Assembly: GCF_016433145.1 (NCBI RefSeq)
Contig: NC_058133.1
Location: 474,839,660-474,903,659 of the forward strand
DNA from: Gracilinanus agilis
Taxonomy: Eukaryota
DNA: 64,000 nucleotides
Reading direction: 5' to 3'
The stretch's first letter is position 1. The number at the start of each line of letters is the position of its first letter. Below are positions 63,126-64,000 of this stretch, piece after piece. Below the pieces are notes generated by a model that had not been told where the DNA came from, made no database searches, and saw only the letters and a list, made by a program, of their open reading frames with translations. The position numbers and the translations under genes are program-made.

Positions 63126-63272
63126 TCATCGAGATGGAGTCGGGGGAGTATCTGGGTCTTTGGTCTTCGTATGATCACTGGTTGATGACCTTGATGACCA
63201 TGTCCTCAGCAGGCCCTGGAGCAGGGCCAACTCATCCAAGAGTCCAGAGATTGTTGGGGCTGACAGACCTCT
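63126..63272 (-). CDS. MTMR11: MTMR11 last coding exon (147 nt)
   Basis: RGLSAPTISGLLDELALLQGLLRTWSSRSSTSDHTKTKDPDTPPTPSR*; acceptor tttcccctttag. Matches the recalled human 'GLSAPTISGLQDELSHLQELLRKW'. Confidence 0.85.
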   Translation of the reverse strand, partial: RGLSAPTISGLLDELALLQGLLRTWSSRSSTSDHTKTKDPDTPPTPSR

Positions 63273-63623
63273 CTAAAGGGGAAATGAAGACAAAGAAAAG
63301 ATCATTGTAAGTTTGTGTGGCCACCCCACCTACCCAAACCCTTCACTATTTCTAGTATCTCCTCAAATCGTCTTGAAGTTCTAGATTTCACCAGACTGTT
63401 CCAGCATTATGATATCTTATATAAAGATGTAAGTATCTTACATTTAATTATTGCTTCTCTGAATAAGCTTTCAAAGGATGTTTCATTTCTTGTCTTTGTC
63501 TTTCTGGTGCCTGGCACATAATAGGTTGCTTGTTGATTGATCGCTTAACCTGCCTTCCCCACCAACAGCCCTGCCCAATTCCTTCTTTTGACCTCTACTT
63601 GCCGCCCTACATTTTTGCCTTAC

Positions 63624-63917
63624 CTGGACCTCAGGCCGTCCCCTCAGGTAGCAGCGTCTCCAGAGTCTGATCTGGGGCCCAAGGAATCCAGGTAACAGAA
63701 GCCCCGGAGGCAAAGGGGAGGCCCCCCAATGAGGAGGGAGTCCCCACTCTTGGTCAGCCAGGCTATCAGAGGATGTATTGTGTCGAGGGAGCCATCGTGA
63801 AGAGGACATCAGTGAGGAAAAACCATCCCGCCAAGGACAAAGCTGGTTCAGTGGGGTCAGAGTCCCCCGAGAAAAAAGGAATATGGATCGAGGAGGGCCA
63901 GGAGCCACTGAAGTTGG
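63624..63917 (-). CDS. MTMR11: MTMR11 penultimate coding exon (294 nt); the gene continues beyond the window
   Basis: ...PLPPGLLLPGFLGPQIRLWRRCYLRGRPEVQ; cttctctgtag acceptor and CAG|GTAAGG donor, phase 0/0; syntenic next to SF3B4. Confidence 0.88.
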
Positions 63918-64000
63918 CTACAGAGAAGTGGGGAGTCACCTCATTACCAAGCAATTCAATCCATTTAGAGTTTCTGCATCTTTCTCTGGCTTCATATACC

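Noticed and set aside
63483-63623. ORF continuation after MTMR11 'RGRPEVQ'
   Set aside because: It runs through a strong CAG|GTAAGG donor into intron.

Overview
Mammalian genomic DNA, almost certainly a marsupial and most likely a didelphid opossum such as Monodelphis domestica. The evidence is abundant SINE1_Mdo-like and MAR1-like SINEs, RTE fragments and hAT MITEs. Gene order matches the block syntenic to human 1q21.2: a replication-dependent histone cluster (H2B-, H2A+, H2A-, H2B+), then BOLA1(+), SV2A(-; 12 coding exons, 742 aa), SF3B4(-; 6 exons, 424 aa) and the last two coding exons of MTMR11(-). All exon boundaries were read by hand, and the phases close to intact reading frames. Both H2B coding bodies are mostly N-masked. 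Intergenic DNA is rich in transposable elements (L1, L2, RTE, SINEs, solo LTRs and hAT MITEs, several with intact TSDs). No prokaryotic features (CRISPR, rRNA, operons) and no clearly novel protein-coding system were found. The most notable observations are: a fourth histone gene making a symmetric two-pair cassette; an orphan CCAAT/E2F/ZNF143 CpG promoter; a head-to-head solo-LTR pair with an internal 14-bp micro-inversion; a palindromic two-way poly(A) signal and a perfect RFX X-box upstream of SF3B4; and three in-frame BOLA1 start codons. Comparisons with human proteins are from memory and need alignment checks.
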